A stretch of 63,980 bases of DNA, the filler included, from Octopus bimaculoides (lineage: Eukaryota): NCBI RefSeq assembly GCF_001194135.2. It is 3 parts of 3 records of this genome, joined end to end, with 100 filler letters (N's around TTAATTAATTAA, not from the genome) between each part and the next. Parts side by side here need not be neighbours in the genome. Positions count along the whole stretch, not along the records: positions 47,904 to 63,980 come from NC_068983.1; 2 more parts are not named here. One strand, written 5' to 3'. Below, one piece after another: positions 62,660-63,980 of this stretch. The position numbers were made by a program, and so were the translations under genes. Under the pieces are notes generated by a model, which made no database searches, had not been told where the DNA came from, and was given only the letters and a program-made list of their open reading frames with translations. Every line of letters begins with the position of its first letter. Position 1 is the stretch's first letter.

Positions 62660-63932
62660 AACAATCCCTCTCAACAGATGGCTATGATGCTCCCCCACTA
62701 CTCTTGCTCATGATCAGGGACATACTCAAGTGGGTAAGATCAAGCAATGGACAAGTAAATCTGTGGTATTGAGCAGAATATTTGCTATAACAATATTTCA
62801 GCTTCAACTCTGTGTTGGAATATTTGTCATTTCCTTTTNNNNNNNNNNTTGGTACTTGAGGTACCCCCACAAGAAGTCAGGGCTGTTCAAGTTTGGGGAA
62901 TGCGATGGCCAGTTGACATCGCAGTAGGGAGAGATGACTCTTTCTCCAAAACATTGCCTCAGCAACTGTATTGTCTCTCTTGCGGTATGAGCAGTTGCCC
63001 CATCTTGCTGGAACTACATATTGGACCTATTTTGAATAGTTGGGTGCAAAAAGTCCTCAATCATGAACCTGTACTGCTCACCAGTCACAGTAACAGCATT
63101 CTCATCATCGTCCTCAAAGAAATAAGGCCTGATTATCTTCATCATCATCATCGTTTAACGTCCGCTTTCCATGCTAGCATGGGTTGGACGATTTGACTGA
63201 GGACTGGTGCAACCGGATGGCTACACCAGGCTCCCATCTAATTTGGCAGAGTTTCTACAGCTGGATGCCCTTCCTAATGCCAACCACTCAGAGAGTGTAG
63301 TGGGTGCTTTTCCGTGTCACCCGCACGAAAACGGCCACGCTCGAAATGGTGTCTTTTATGTGCCACCCGCACAAGAGCCAGTCCAGGGGCACTTGGCAAC
63401 AATCTCGCTCGAAAACCTTACAAGGCCAACAATACTCTACACTTTATGAGATGCAATTCTTTTTCGTGTACTGCTTTCGTGTACTGCAATTTTGTCTGTT
63501 GAACGCATTCAAATGAAAGTTAAACATTTTGCACATTATAAATTTTTGTGTAAAATTTGGGTCATTTCATGCCAATTCCTGGATTCTTACCACGTATTGG
63601 AACCTGTGTTCATAGTCCTGGGGCTTCAACTGTTGAATCAGCTGTACCCTGTATGGAAAAAGGTTAAGGCTGCTGAGAACTCTTTGCAGCGAAGTTCTTA
63701 ATTGTGTTTTCACTTGGGGCATCTCTCACTCGAAAGTGCCGACGATATGCTCTCTAGGTTTGAATAATTGACCCCTGATTTTGATAGAACAATTTCATCA
63801 ATTGGGTTCGTTATGCGTTGCCATATTTTTCCATAATTAATTTCCAAGACCTAGACCATAAAATTCCCGAAAAGAAAAGAAAAAGGTAAAAAAAAAAAAT
63901 CAACAATTGCAGCCCCTCAATGGGCCACCCTG
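62660..63932 (-). pseudogene. rosa-like (DD41D-type) Tc1/mariner remnant interrupted by a SINE
   Basis: TA-CAGGGTGGCCCA TIR at 63932; KLFYQNQGS, PYRVQLIQQLKP, FQQDGATAHTARET, NWPSHSPNL, LWGYLK. Confidence 0.75.
63139..63410 (-). mobile_element. SINE family D1, young, inserted in the rosa-like element
   Basis: Nearly identical to 49261-49450. Confidence 0.8.

Positions 63933-63980
<48 letters not shown>

Overview
Eukaryotic, AT-rich draft-assembly DNA saturated with microsatellites and transposon debris. The SINE families and simple-repeat load resemble Octopus genomic DNA (inference from recall, not confirmed). Two artificial 100-bp linkers (44 N + TTAATTAATTAA + 44 N, at 19975-20074 and 47804-47903) split the window into three joined segments. 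The only host gene I can support is the 3' part of BMS1 (ribosome-biogenesis GTPase): ten GT-AG exons on + from 48369 to 61576 splice in frame to about 490 C-terminal residues. Its 5' exons are not visible. The first 47.8 kb has no recognisable host exon and is a mosaic of SINEs, mariner/Tc1, hAT, Helitron, RTE, R4-like and Penelope-like (PLE) remnants. Most ORF-track entries are translations of microsatellites or N gaps. Best leads: (1) several sequence-unrelated minimal hammerhead-ribozyme-like motifs of the PLE type, some with self-complementary stem III or a compensatory core change; (2) an RTE copy with twin-priming geometry; (3) an inverted pseudo-LTR-like pair; (4) an RT-less PLE deletion derivative; (5) an RTE tail with three C2H2 fingers; (6) CpG decay concentrated in the BMS1 gene body. 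All folds, alignments and family calls were made by eye. Repeat boundaries are approximate.
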